The notes: generated by a model from the letters alone, not told the origin. A DNA stretch of 64,000 bases from Perkinsela sp. CCAP 1560/9 (GCA_965644495.1 CBFFSA010000004.1:124001-188000), one strand, 5' to 3'. Positions 11,274-23,169 are shown, counted from the first letter of the stretch. A program made the numbers and translations.

Positions 11274-12229
11274 ATTTGTGAACACTAGTCTAGGGATAAA
11301 TTGCAAAAAAGATAGATAAAAGACTTTTTCTTTTCAAATACTTTTACACTTTTTTGCCTCCACACCACCAAGTCTAACCATTGTACATGAGAAAGTTCGC
11401 TTTTGCATAGCGAAGACTTGGAATGCGACTGGACACTAATTTTTCGAGCAAAGAAAATGACCTCTTTCGGATTAATTTTTTTGTATAAAAAGTTAGCAAT
11501 TTTGAGAACCTTTCCACGGCTAAAAGGGTCCCAAAGAGAGCGGAAGGGCAATAAATTATGCTATTTTTTTTGTGTTTTTTATAAATATTTTGGACCCCCC
11601 GAGTGGGGGGTGGGGTGGGGTGATAGCTAAACAAACGGCGAGAAACGATCTAGTTTTTCGAGATTTGTTGAATGATGCAGGAATTAGGTCAACAGCTCTT
11701 ACGGTCTGCTCTGGAGCCTGGAGGAACGAGTACTTCGACTGTATTTCGAAAAGTCACCCTTTTAAAAAACATTCGTAGTGTATGCACCCTCGCTAGTCCA
11801 CCTAAATTTTTTATTTGGAGAAAGTACGCCTAAATTGCACAAAAAAGATTTTGTTTTTGAATTTGCAGTGCAAAAATAATTTTTTTCTTTCGTGAAATTG
11901 AGTGGGTCCAACTGCGCCAGATAACTCCACTCCGCCAGACATGTTTTTTATAAAAAAAATTATTGATTTAAAAAAAGAAAAACTTGAGAAGAGGTGCTGC
12001 GTTCGTTGAAGGAGGAACTATAAAAGGCGTCTTTTCCGTGGTCTGGAAATGTAAATAAATTTCCGTGGTCTGGAAATATTGGTTAACCATACACGTACTC
12101 CCGCCGGGTAAATAGATATGTAATTGCCCGCTTTACTCCGCATTTGCACCCCTCTCCAGAAATAATTTCTGGAGAGGTCTTTTGGACAGTCTCATAATTT
12201 TAAAAAACAGTTATTCCAAGTGAATCTGA

Positions 12230-12625
12230 GAATCTTCTAGAAAAACTAAGCGTTTTAGATTTACCTTGGGATGACGAATGTCGCATTTTGCAGGAGCATG
12301 GAGGGGCTGTTCTATCTGCGTTAGATAGAGCTTCGAAATCGCAGGACATCGAAACTCCCAAGTTAGGTGGTGTCACGCGTTGGTGCCAGGATAAGTTTGT
12401 AACAATGGAGTTCATAGCCAATAATATTAATACCATTAATGCGTTTGTAGAAGCCAAACAGAACAAAAAAAAATCGACCTCTCAGTCTATCGTAAAATGC
12501 TCAAAACTAATTGCTCGTTACGGGGTCGATGGTATCCGTGATTCCTGCTCATCATTCCTTAAAGATCGTAAGATTTTGTATGTCGCACTAAACAAATTTT
12601 CTGACTTAAATGGGAAACCGACGCC
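12230..12625 (+). pseudogene. hAT-like transposase fragment
   Basis: TPKLGGVTRWCQDKFVTMEFIANN is homologous to 62400-62480 (TPKLGGVTRWCSDKFTSMEFLANY). Confidence 0.7.
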
Positions 12626-13052
12626 TTCGCGGAGCCATATTCTGGAGGGGGGCACAATAATAGAGGTCGGTTCCACTTATTGTGCCCCCCCGGCACAATA
12701 AATAGCTATAGGCCCATTAACCCGGAACAGGGTTCAATTGCCGCGCTCTCGGACACGTACATCCCCAGCTGCGCCAACCGGTTTTCTCCCGGGGGTGGCG
12801 AGATGAACCGCCGCGGCGAAAGACGAGCGGCCTTCTAGAGGGCCCCAAAACCTACTCCCCACCCCAAAAATCTACTCGTGCTTGCTTGTAGAAGAGACGG
12901 CGAACAAACCTACCAGACTCTTTAAAAATTTCTTGGAAATATGTATGGAATGGGGTTCAGTATGTGAGCACGGAAAAACATCGAAAAATGCTAATTTCAA
13001 TCGGTGACTAATCAATGCCGAAAAATGGGAAAAAGTGTTTTTCCTCTCTTCC

Positions 13053-13241
13053 TGAAACCCAGGCTAAAGTGGACGAGGGAGATACCAATAGTGTAGGTGC
13101 GACAGTTTCCCGCAGGAAAAACGGCATCTCCACCTTTTTAGGCACCTGTCTTTATGCCATAAGGGAGATACCGTTTTTCCTTGGGAAACTGTCGCACCTA
13201 CACTATTGCTATCTCTCTCGTCCACTTTATCCTGGGTTGCA
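13053..13241. mobile_element. Foldback MITE (about 80-bp arms)
   Basis: AACCCAGG(C/A)TAAAGTGGACGAG(G/A)GAGATA... is inverted at the other end. The same outer arm occurs at 25973-26170. Confidence 0.85.
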
Positions 13242-13274
13242 TAGTAAAAATATGTGCCCTAGGACTTCTTACAG

Positions 13275-13472
13275 CTTCCTTTCGGTGCCGTCGGTCGTGT
13301 TTAACCCTGCAATTCCGGTCCAAAGCCCGGAGCCACATGCCTCCTTGGTAACGTGGAAAGGGGATGGAAGACGCACTTCAGCGGACAGAAGTAAAAAAAA
13401 TGGGGGGGGGTATGCTTCCGACCGGCCTTTGTACCTGCAGGGTTTAAGACGACCGACGGCACCGAAAGGAAG
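13275..13472. repeat. Inverted repeat (about 37-bp arms) at the left end of the tyrosine-recombinase element
   Basis: CTTCCTTTCGGTGCCGTCGGTCGTGTTTAACCCTGCA ... TGCAGGGTTTAAGACGACCGACGGCACCGAAAGGAAG. Confidence 0.85.
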
Positions 13473-14025
13473 TAATGCATGACTACCCCGCTGGGCACGT
13501 TATGCGCACTTCCTGTCCGGAGTCCCAGGTCGGATGCATCCAGGTTGTGGCCAACCCTCGCGGCATCTGATTTTTGAACTTCAGAAGCCTTTTGGACTCA
13601 CAGTAGCGGGCCAACCCTCCTGGTATTCTGATTGGGAAAACGCATCCAAAAATGGGTAGATTGCACGGTCCTCCTTCGGGAGGCGTGTACGGCGCGGTTC
13701 CCGCTTGGGGATACGCGGATTGCACATCCTTCTTCGGGAGGCGCGTGCGGCGACGCCTTTTATGGGAAGTTGTCTAAGTTGGTGCAACTTCTTAAAGAGC
13801 GAGCGGCGAACCGGGACAACTCAGTATCCTGGCCAAATAGGAATGGATTAAATTCCCACTTGCAATTTGATAGCTCGCACAAAAATTTAATGAGCTAAAA
13901 AATAATAGTCCAACGATGCGCGTGAATTACACGCAGTGTTGGTGTATCGGATAAAACTTGTGTCGGCATTGCGTCTTATAATACGCATGGTTACGATATT
14001 ATAATACGCCTCTGCGATAGGTTTT

Positions 14026-14490
14026 GTGATTAGTTACCCTCATACTTTACTCATGGTTGACGTTGTTGCTGAGCTTATGCCCGAAACACCACCCGTCATA
14101 TCGTCCCAGGATGCCTTTAAGGAGATCTGCTCCGTGAAACGACTTGGCATCACTGCTCCGGAAGAACTACGTCGGGTCCTCCCCGGGGCGATAGTTTTTC
14201 TAAGCTCCGATCTTGCGTATTACGCGGAAGTTCTATCGAAAATGCCCCCAGGAACAACTGCACCAAGCATCGAATCAGAAAGTGTTCGATTAAACAAGTG
14301 GTCGGTATTATGTAAAATCGGAGCAGTCGAATTGAGTTTCCAGCTTGGGCACGAGGGAGTTGCCCTATCCCCGGAGTTTCTCGAAACAGTCATGCTAGAC
14401 AATGTGGTGGAGAATAGCAACAAACTGATTATTGCACACCTAGCGGCTCATTCTCGCGCGATTAACCAAGTCCGTAGTGCACAACACTGA
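14026..14490 (+). CDS. ORF1 of tyrosine-recombinase element (unknown function, gag-like position)
   Basis: VLPGAI and VRLNKWSVLCKIGA...KLIIAHLAAH...INQV are homologous to the broken ORF at 47147-48010. Lies directly upstream of the recombinase. Confidence 0.55.
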   Translation: MISYPHTLLMVDVVAELMPETPPVISSQDAFKEICSVKRLGITAPEELRRVLPGAIVFLSSDLAYYAEVLSKMPPGTTAPSIESESVRLNKWSVLCKIGAVELSFQLGHEGVALSPEFLETVMLDNVVENSNKLIIAHLAAHSRAINQVRSAQH

Positions 14491-14499
14491 CACATAACA

Positions 14500-15756
14500 C
14501 TGCACAGAAACGAGCATATTATTTTGAACGTATGAAACAGTTTATGGGCATACATGGAGTTACGAACATTACTGAAGAAGACTTTTGCTCTTTGCGTAAG
14601 TCTCACACGCTTCTACCGTCCTTCAACTTTGGAAGCGTATCGCGCCGCACTCAAATTGAGAATCTCGGGGGCGAATGAGTGTTGGACGCAGACGGTAAGA
14701 CTCCGTCGGCGCTTTAAAGGAGTGTTGAAGCTGTTCTTAGACCCCAAGCCTCGAGGGTCAGTGACACTTGAGCAACTTCGCATGCTCAGTCAAGAGTGCA
14801 CAAATGAAGGCAATATAACCTTTGGACAAGGTTTCACAGTAGCCTACTTTGGGCTACTCCGTCATAGTGAGCTAACTTGAGCAACTTCGCATGCTCAATC
14901 AAGAGTGCACAAAGGAAGGCAATATAACCTTTGGACAAGGTTTCACAGTAGCCTACTTTGGGCTACTCCGTCATAGTGAGCTAGTCTCACTGCAAAAAGA
15001 CGACATTGAAATCAGCACTTCGAGTGCACTGAAAAAAAATCGGGGAGGGAAAGGTCGCCAACATTATGTTGTGGATACGGTAGAGGCTCCATATGAAATT
15101 AAGGGTCGAATTGAACGAAGTTTGCACACTTTAAAAAATAAATTTAAAACGATCTTGTTATTATTATTTTTTGCTTCTGTTGCTTGTAAAAGATATAGTT
15201 TAGCATCTTTGCTTGTATCTTTGACCTTTTTACATTCTCAGGTACGGTTGAAGTCATGGTCAATCACTTTGATGGTGGGTTTTGTTATGGGTGCCTTGAA
15301 ATGAACTGTGTCACACGTCTTCCGTTTAGTGAGGTTAAGAGAGGTTAAGCCCGCTGGTACGAGTTTTGTTGGTTGTGGCATTGTTTTGTGCGGAAATCGT
15401 CTTGTCTGCATCATTTTGTTTTTCTTTGGAATTCGTTGATATTTGGTCACTTTTAGAATTTTTTTGCAAAGTGTGCAAACTTCGTTCAATCTGACCAAAT
15501 TAAGTAATTACTGACGTATCTAAAAGCGTCCGGTAGTCAACAAACTTTTTCCGAAATGGGATAAGATAAAGGCTAATCGCTTAATTTCAACCCTGGCTAA
15601 TCGTTTAGCATGGAATCAACACCAAACGTGGTCTTTTCATTGCCTTCGGCACGGGTGCGCGGGACATTTGACCCGCGAAGGAACTGATCTGACCACACGG
15701 CTTCGACGGGGACGGTGGATGTCAGAACGTTCTGCATCTCATTACTCAATGCAGTA
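14500..15756 (+). pseudogene. Tyrosine recombinase (TATE/VIPER/DIRS-type), disrupted
   Basis: RPSTLEAYRAAL...PRGSVTLEQL...YFGLLRHSEL...GGKG...LFPKW...WSFHCLRHG...GRWMSERSASHY* supplies the R-K-HxxR-W-Y set. It has an internal duplication of about 110 bp (14766-14985) and a foreign insert at about 15133-15510. Confidence 0.85.
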
Positions 15757-16424
15757 GTTGTAATTTTTATCTTGTACTGCTAAATGAATGATATAATGTG
15801 AACAACCGACACAAATGTATTGTATTATTGTAAAGGGTAGGCTACTTTAACAGTGGATAGCATTTACACAAGTAAAGAACACTAAAAATAATTGGACCAT
15901 GAGATACATTTCATTTACTTTTACTTCAACAAATAACTTATTGCTAAATGCGGTGCCATCCTCTTCCTTGGAACCCTCCCAGTGGGATTGGCACATGGTA
16001 GGCTAACTACATAGTGTTCAGGTCAAAGTGAAGCATTATTTCACACTTTTTTTAAAACATTTATTATCGCCCTATTTTAGTAAAAAAGAAAAAATTAACT
16101 CTCTTGCCCTTGTTCTAGAACGATTTCTACGTTCTCGCAATGTCATCTGAGGTGCTAAAACGGGCGACGGAGGGCATAATCTTCATGTTTTCCTCTCTTT
16201 AGCTTACTTTTCACAATTTCTGCGCCGAACTTCAGCCGATTATGTCGCGCTTCTTTCCCACTATCAAGCGTACGGTCACCGCGAAAAAAGTACAGCTGTA
16301 TGTAAACAAATGTCAGAAAAATACTTTCAGTGCCCGTAAAATATGATAAGACAACACTTAGAACACATAAAAAAATTAACGAAACTAAATATTTTTTATG
16401 TGAAATAATGCTTCACTTTCACCA

Positions 16425-16800
16425 GTGTTCATTGTCACTTCATCCGAAACTTCGGAAAGACGCAGAGTATATTTTGCATCCCTCGAAAGATTGTTAGACG
16501 TCCACGGAATCGTCAATATTTCGGAAGAATCGTTTTTAGCGTTATGCAAAAATCTCTCCCGTTTTTACCGACCTTTGACGCTGGAATCGTTCCGCGCCGC
16601 CCTCTTGTAGCGGCAACTTGAGAATATGCCAGAATCTCACTGCTGGACATAAACTAGTCGTTTTCGCCGTCGCTTTAAAGGGGTGGTAAGCGTACGCCCG
16701 GATCCACACCCGCGAGGACCGATTACTGTAGAGCAGCTTCTCCAGTTGACAACACGTTGCATGCAGCAGTCTTATGACGACTACGTACATGGATCCACGA
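16425..16800 (+). pseudogene. Second tyrosine recombinase, N-terminal fragment
   Basis: FLALCKNLSRFYRPLTLESFRAALL*...WT*TSRFRRRFKGV...PRGPITVEQL is paralogous to 14554-14800. Confidence 0.8.
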
Positions 16801-17314
16801 TGACAGTCTTATGACGACTACGTTACGCATTAAGCAATTAGACCATTCTTGATAACACGTTTAAATATTAAAACGCTGCGCTTGTGCTTGATCAGGAACT
16901 CTCCCAGCGGGATTGAGATGTATGATAGGCTAACTACGGAGTGTTCTCTGTCACTGGTGAAGGACCTAGGAGAGCATTGTGTACCTGTACCCGGAACGAT
17001 CCCGGGAGCCGGAGTGGTACTTGCGGCGCTTGCATGTGGGGATTGTAGGCGCTCTTGTTACCATCACCACCCCCACCCCCACCACCAACAAAACTGAAAC
17101 ACCTTTTGGAAGATTCGTTAATAAGAATGGATCAAAAATATTAGAAGTAGCCTAGGGAGATCCAGCTGAAGATTTTAGATTGATTTATGTGTATATTAGA
17201 CCAATCAGATTTAGTTGGCCCCTTCGCATACTGAGCAGTGCAACACAAAAGAAAAGCTACAATTTGTTTGATCATTCAAAAGTAGCGGAGATACTTACTA
17301 CCCCATCTCCGTAC

Positions 17315-17962
17315 TCACAAAAAAGCCTGCTCCTCATACTCCTCCACAGACCGAAATTCCCTTCGTATCCCCGTCCCCCCAATCTCCAAACTTTTTAACG
17401 AGAGAGGTAACATCACCGAATGTACCTTTCCGTACAGTTCCTCATTATAATCGAGACACAACCCCCGTAAACCCGGCGGGAGTTCATGAAACTCCACTCT
17501 GCCGTTGAACTTATTGTGATCCAGCCACACCTCAACCATTGACCCCGGCAGGTCTTGTAAACAAATCGTGCCGGAGAACCGGTTGTGGGAGAGCATCAGC
17601 TTTCGCAGCCCCCGGGGTAGGGACCCCAGGGCTACCTCCCCCGTGAGCTGGTTCTGGGCGCCGTACCGTTTCGGCACGTTGCGGTCTCCCAAATCCAGCT
17701 CTGTGAGGGTAGGGGGGAGAAACTTTAGAGCGGGGGCGCCGGTAAGGTGGCCCCCCGCCCAGTCGATACGCACGACGTGCTCGTGGGCGTCACAGGCCAC
17801 CCCTTTCCACCGACACACGGGGGTTTCGTGTGTCCACGAGGGGTGATGGGGCTGGAGGGGTTCCAGGAAATACTCCAGCGCGAGGTGAGGCGCCAAGAGC
17901 GTCCGGTGGACTTTGGCGGGACGTCGGGGAGGGGCGGTGTCGGCAGACACAAGAAAATGCAT
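17315..17962 (-). CDS. LRR family protein (copy 2)
   Basis: ADT.PPRRPAKVHRTLL motif, cap SW..ETPVCRWKGVAC, and 23-aa LRRs. Confidence 0.9.
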   Translation of the reverse strand: MHFLVSADTAPPRRPAKVHRTLLAPHLALEYFLEPLQPHHPSWTHETPVCRWKGVACDAHEHVVRIDWAGGHLTGAPALKFLPPTLTELDLGDRNVPKRYGAQNQLTGEVALGSLPRGLRKLMLSHNRFSGTICLQDLPGSMVEVWLDHNKFNGRVEFHELPPGLRGLCLDYNEELYGKVHSVMLPLSLKSLEIGGTGIRREFRSVEEYEEQAFL

Positions 17963-19778
17963 GGGGGAAAAGGAAGAAACGGGGGAGGTAGTGTGGAAAA
18001 TCGTGATCTATTGTACGTACTCTACCGAGTATGCGGTATAGTATGGCTTAGACTAGTAAAGTAGTAATCACATGACTACAGTGTATGTAATTGTAGAAGA
18101 ATTCTAAATCATATGGCATATTTTGACACCCAAGTTTTGCATACATACAATGTATTTTTCGTGCAACGAATGTACACACTACGTATTTCGGATCATGGCA
18201 TCCGGGTCTTGCATCGAAACACTATTAGTAATAGTTAATATACTATTAGTAATAGTTAATAATTACTTACTTTGCACTATTACTTACTTGATTAATTTTT
18301 GCATTCTATATGAGGTCCACACCACGGTACATAAAAACACGAATTTCGGAGCTGTATGATGGCGGGGTTTCCTTGAGTTCTATTTCAGGTACTAAGGAAG
18401 AAGCGCAAGCAGGAAATGGTAAGCCAAAATATAAGCGAAATGAAGCGTTACCCCAGGGCAGAAACAAGTGACTTTCGGCCCAAAAAGAAAGATGACAGAG
18501 ACGATAGAACTCACCGATTCGGATACCGAAATCCCTTTCAACCCTTACGGCGGACAGCCACGGACATGCATGTACGCTACCGGAGTGGAAAATATGTAAG
18601 AGTGGAAAATAGAAGACTCAATATCGCGCGAAAAACCGTTTTGCAAAAAACGAAACGAAGCCACATAGGAGTATTGAAGGGAAACTCGGATGAAACTAAA
18701 TCGGTGTTTAACTTGCCTGAACGCTTTTTTGATAAAGATGGGTGATTCGATAAATAGAACATTATAATATAGGGTAAATTACAAAGCGCAACACGCAACA
18801 AGGAAATAAGGAAAATATGAGAGCATAGGTGGGAAATATAAAGTTATAAGCGTACGAAGCAAAGTGGAACTCCTAATTCATCCACAAACTGCACAGGACA
18901 AGGAATGCCAGGCATGCACAGCTCAGGGTGAGGGTTTACGCTCATCTATTAGCCCCGTATCCCGTTGCCAGGTCACACTGGATGGTGATCCTGCGCTTCA
19001 AACGAAGTTATCTTCCAACAGGATAACGACCCCAAGCATACCAGCCGTTGTGCGCAATGGCACCTCTAGGGTACCGGGTTTGAAGTCATGCGGTGGCCCC
19101 CGCAATCCCCTGACTGACGCAGGAGCATTGCACGAATGCATCGTGAAAAAGATGTGATGTAGAGGCTCGAAACACTCCGGCACAAATCGCAGTTAACGCG
19201 GACAATGCGTTAACGTGATCAGTCGATTTGTGATCAGTCGATTTTTCTCCTCGTCCTCGCAAAGGAAAAAGCAATACTGCGAATGGCCCCCTGTCGTTTG
19301 GTTCTCTAAGAAATCAAAACCTCTTGGTTTTCACATGCGCTCCAAAAGGATGTGAAGCTTGGGCCATAAAAAATGCTAAAAACCCCGTGGGTTCTATTAA
19401 ATGCGTCAGCCTGGGTCACACTCGACACATGAAATGCACGCAATGCACATTCGTAACCCACAGTCGAATTGATACATTGTGCTATAAGCATTTAAAGACC
19501 TGCACAGGCAAATCAGCGATACATCTTTTGATGGATTTACCTCCTGATGACACTGTGTTCTCTGAAGACAGGTATTCCGGCTCATATTCTCCCGTGTACG
19601 ACTGTCTACGCAAGTGAGTGAGTTATAAATTCTTTGAAACAATGATTGTCCCTTAGTCTGACAAAGAAGTGGTACATTTGAATTTTGCTGGTCTTTCGGA
19701 TGTGGAGAAAAACAAAATCAAGTACGCAGACAAAACCTCTTCCTGCGCAGCAACTAAAAGATTTAGAGGAGAAAAAAA

Positions 19779-20579
19779 TCAGACTTTGCAGGGATTTGGA
19801 CCGTTTAAGAAATGAATGCCCAAGTCTGGTGGAAGTTCCACGTTTTCTATAGGACAAGAGAGCTGCAGTACGTTATCCAAACGTAAAAGCATTAAAGTTT
19901 TCGGAAGCGTCGTAAAATCAACGACACCAGTAAACTTATTTCTTTCCAAGTTAAGTTCTATCAAGTTCTGGGGTAGAAAGCGAAGTTCAGGGGTTCCGGT
20001 GAAAAGATTTCTATGTAGATGCAAGAAGAGAAGTGTGGAGGGCAAATCACACAGGTCAACGTTCCCAGTAAAAGAATTGTGACTTAATATCAAAACCTCA
20101 ATATTTGCTGGGAGAAAAGCAAAAGAAATGTTACCCACTAATTCATTGCTTCGAACACAGAGTTCTTTTAGCTGTTGCGGGAGGTGTTGCAAATCAAGTC
20201 CGCCTTCAAAAAAGTTCTCTTCGAGGTTTATGTCGTCTAGATTATTGGGCATAAAATGAGTTTCGACTTTACCTAGTAACAAATTTACGGAAAGATCGAG
20301 AAGCATCAACGACTGTGGAAGATACGCCCAGTGAAGACTACCTTTTATGTACATGTAATCCCAGCTCAGGGCTGTGACTTCTCCTGCGTCATTGCATTTC
20401 ACATATTTCCATTCACACGCGGGGGTGTGCGTATTCCAAGACTCCTGCGTATTTTCCACGTCCTGAACAAAACGCACAAGTTCGTATTCGGTCGGCAGAG
20501 ACGCACCACGAACTTTTCCACGAATGCTCGTTTCTCGCGTTTGTTTTCGCCTCTTGAGAGGCGGTTCAGCGTTATCCAT
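19779..20579 (-). CDS. LRR family protein (copy 3) with NLS-like N-terminus
   Basis: PPLKRRKQ, then RGKVRGASLPTEY, the cap, and about 7 LRRs. Confidence 0.9.
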   Translation of the reverse strand: MDNAEPPLKRRKQTRETSIRGKVRGASLPTEYELVRFVQDVENTQESWNTHTPACEWKYVKCNDAGEVTALSWDYMYIKGSLHWAYLPQSLMLLDLSVNLLLGKVETHFMPNNLDDINLEENFFEGGLDLQHLPQQLKELCVRSNELVGNISFAFLPANIEVLILSHNSFTGNVDLCDLPSTLLFLHLHRNLFTGTPELRFLPQNLIELNLERNKFTGVVDFTTLPKTLMLLRLDNVLQLSCPIENVELPPDLGIHFLNGPNPCKV

Positions 20580-20844
20580 GAATAGATAAAAAATAGGAGT
20601 TTTTAAAATAGTGCTTTACACCCTTTTCTACTGATCATTGAATGTCATTGAATGACTAAAATCGAAGAAATATGAGTACGATAAACAAAAATCATGAACA
20701 ATAATCTATTTTATCCCAATTTTAATATTCTTTCATTAGAAAAGAGAGAGAGCAGAGTACCAAGATATCTAAGGAGGAGTAACGGTGCAGTAAAGAAAAA
20801 GAAATAATGCAAGACATCAGTTTCAATAATTTTCCTTTTTAAAA

Positions 20845-22563
20845 TTAGGCAAAATAGGCAAGTGCAAGGTATACGAATCTTTTCCACTCACAATCGGGAA
20901 GGCAATGCGCCATTGCTAGAGATCTCGGCTTCAACAGTGCAGACCGATGAGACTTTGATATATTCATCGTGGCACCTCGACGATCAAATCTTGTGCTTAG
21001 TTTTTTATGACAACTAGGTGGGACTCTTCCGGTTGTTTGTTTTGCCGCGGTAATGGAATAGGAAGAACTAATCGGTAAAACGGTGGACTGAGATTCTGCT
21101 GTCTTTAAAAATAACTCAGGATTTGACGTAAATAACTTTAGGGCCCTTGTCACACACTTACGCAAGGAAACAAGTTGTTGTATCGGTAAGCCCCTGGTTG
21201 TGCTCAGAGCAGTGGAGAACAAAACCGTAAGAGGTGAAATCCATAATGAGGGAAAGTATCCCAGTCGTGCAAGGGCATAAAAAATGCGGACGACATAGTC
21301 TACAGGAAGATGGTCGACGTCCAGGACATAGGCTTGAAGGAGAGCCTCAAGAAATCCCTTGTGCTTAACACCACGTCGGGAACACACCTCAAAAAGATAC
21401 GGCAAGGCTCTGGTGATTCTTGGATCGAACTCAACTCTGTCTGAATTCATACAAACAGGACGTTCTCCCTCTTGATCAAGTTCTGAAGGACGTGTTTTGT
21501 CGTGAGCTTGGATAATAGAATGTAAGGTGTCTGCTACGAGAAACGGAAAGGGATGCCACTCTAACGCGAGACCGTTGAGCAGAAGGCTTTCACCTCGAAC
21601 CATACTTCTTAACTTCATTCTTGCCAAAACATTTGACGACATCCAACTCCCGTGTTCTCGATTCAGTTTCGCATACTTTAGTAGTCGGAGTGCAAAGACG
21701 ATTTCGCGGAATGCAAACATCATGGTCCTTGGTGATGGGTCTTTACTTTCTCTGTTCCATCCACCCATTGAGGAAAAAAGCTTTTCCGATTCTTGCGCCT
21801 TCACCGCTTGAATCTCAGCAACAAGCCACCGCAAACCATACTCCGAATTGACGTGGTGTAAAACGTGAATCACGCTTCGTCTCAGATACGGTAGCTGCTT
21901 AGGCGATATCGTTTCTTGTTGTCGCAGCCCATCAAGAATGGATGAGCTCAAAAAAGATGGATATCCAATATTCAATCGCCCGTACGCTTCTGTAAGCGCG
22001 AAAACATGTATTGGAGTAGTACACTCTGTTTTTGTGTAAAACCCACGTGCTTTATGTATTTGGTGCGTGTGAGCCAATAGGACTATCTTCCCCAAGTTAT
22101 CCATGGCGTGAAGAAGGTTCAACCATTCACTAAAAGCATTTACGGAACTCGGGAGCTGAAGAACGAGTAGAATGTGAAGCAAATGAACCACGCGAGGGCG
22201 AACAAGACTGTTTCGTGAAAAGACGACGGGCGTGATTCTTCGCCTCCCGTGGCTTTGGTATGCAGCCCATAAAGCCCGTACGGCTTCCATCATTCGAGTA
22301 TAGTGTGGACAAACAACAAGATGATTTCGTAATTCTTGTGAGTGGGCAACAATGGGAAGTGGCGTACAGAATGAGGAGAGAATCGAGTCGATGCTCGTGG
22401 TAAGGGAGAGGGGAAGAGGTTCGTTGTAAATCGGTAAAAGAGAATGATCTTTCTCTGATGCATTGAATGATCTACTACTTGTTTGTACTGCACAAGAGAT
22501 CGTTTTGATGTGTGCATACACGCTACAACACGTATTGGGGTCACAATGTTTCGTGTTGCACAT
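20845..22563 (-). CDS. Hypothetical helical protein (true start may be MMEAV near 22292)
   Basis: 572-codon open frame, co-oriented with the host genes. No family recognised. Confidence 0.65.
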   Translation of the reverse strand: MCNTKHCDPNTCCSVYAHIKTISCAVQTSSRSFNASEKDHSLLPIYNEPLPLSLTTSIDSILSSFCTPLPIVAHSQELRNHLVVCPHYTRMMEAVRALWAAYQSHGRRRITPVVFSRNSLVRPRVVHLLHILLVLQLPSSVNAFSEWLNLLHAMDNLGKIVLLAHTHQIHKARGFYTKTECTTPIHVFALTEAYGRLNIGYPSFLSSSILDGLRQQETISPKQLPYLRRSVIHVLHHVNSEYGLRWLVAEIQAVKAQESEKLFSSMGGWNRESKDPSPRTMMFAFREIVFALRLLKYAKLNREHGSWMSSNVLARMKLRSMVRGESLLLNGLALEWHPFPFLVADTLHSIIQAHDKTRPSELDQEGERPVCMNSDRVEFDPRITRALPYLFEVCSRRGVKHKGFLEALLQAYVLDVDHLPVDYVVRIFYALARLGYFPSLWISPLTVLFSTALSTTRGLPIQQLVSLRKCVTRALKLFTSNPELFLKTAESQSTVLPISSSYSITAAKQTTGRVPPSCHKKLSTRFDRRGATMNISKSHRSALLKPRSLAMAHCLPDCEWKRFVYLALAYFA

Positions 22564-23169
22564 ACAACAACGTGATGGGTTGCGTGTGGTGCTGTGTAAA
22601 AGGATTGTGCATTGAGGTGTTATGCGTTGCGATATAAAAGATAAATTATTCTAAACCGTGTTCCGGGTTATTGTGCCCCTCCTGCACAATAACTGTCTCT
22701 AGGCACAATAGCTAAATATAGGAAAAAACCAAAAAACATACCCCTGCCGGGTCGATGGGTAATTACCCATTAGCGGGTCTGTGCGGGTAAATTACCCGGG
22801 TCTGTGACCCAGTTACCCGCACCGACCCACACAGACCCGCATCGGCGCACTAGCCATTAAATACAAAATGATTTCCTCTCAAGTGTGCTGATTCGTAGGA
22901 TTGGCACGGAATGCTCTATGTACAGAAACGGTATCTTTAGCGATGAGGAATTCCTTCCATAAGAAGAATTCCCTCTACTGATTTGCTTGTGTCGCCCATC
23001 AATTTTTTTTATTTTATTTTTTTGGTGTGAACCCCCCAGGCCTACCGGAAGCCTACCCCCTAACACCGCAATGGTACCAATTTTTTTTTACTTTTTTTGG
23101 CCAGTCGAGTTTACCCTCGAGTCCTAGCAAACTAAGGTGAAACTATAAAGAATCACCACATAGAAAACA

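Noticed and set aside
12720-12850. Hammerhead or HDV-like ribozyme, or tRNA, in a GC-rich stretch
   Set aside because: It lacks the CUGANGA core and a convincing cloverleaf, and I could not support a pseudoknot by eye.
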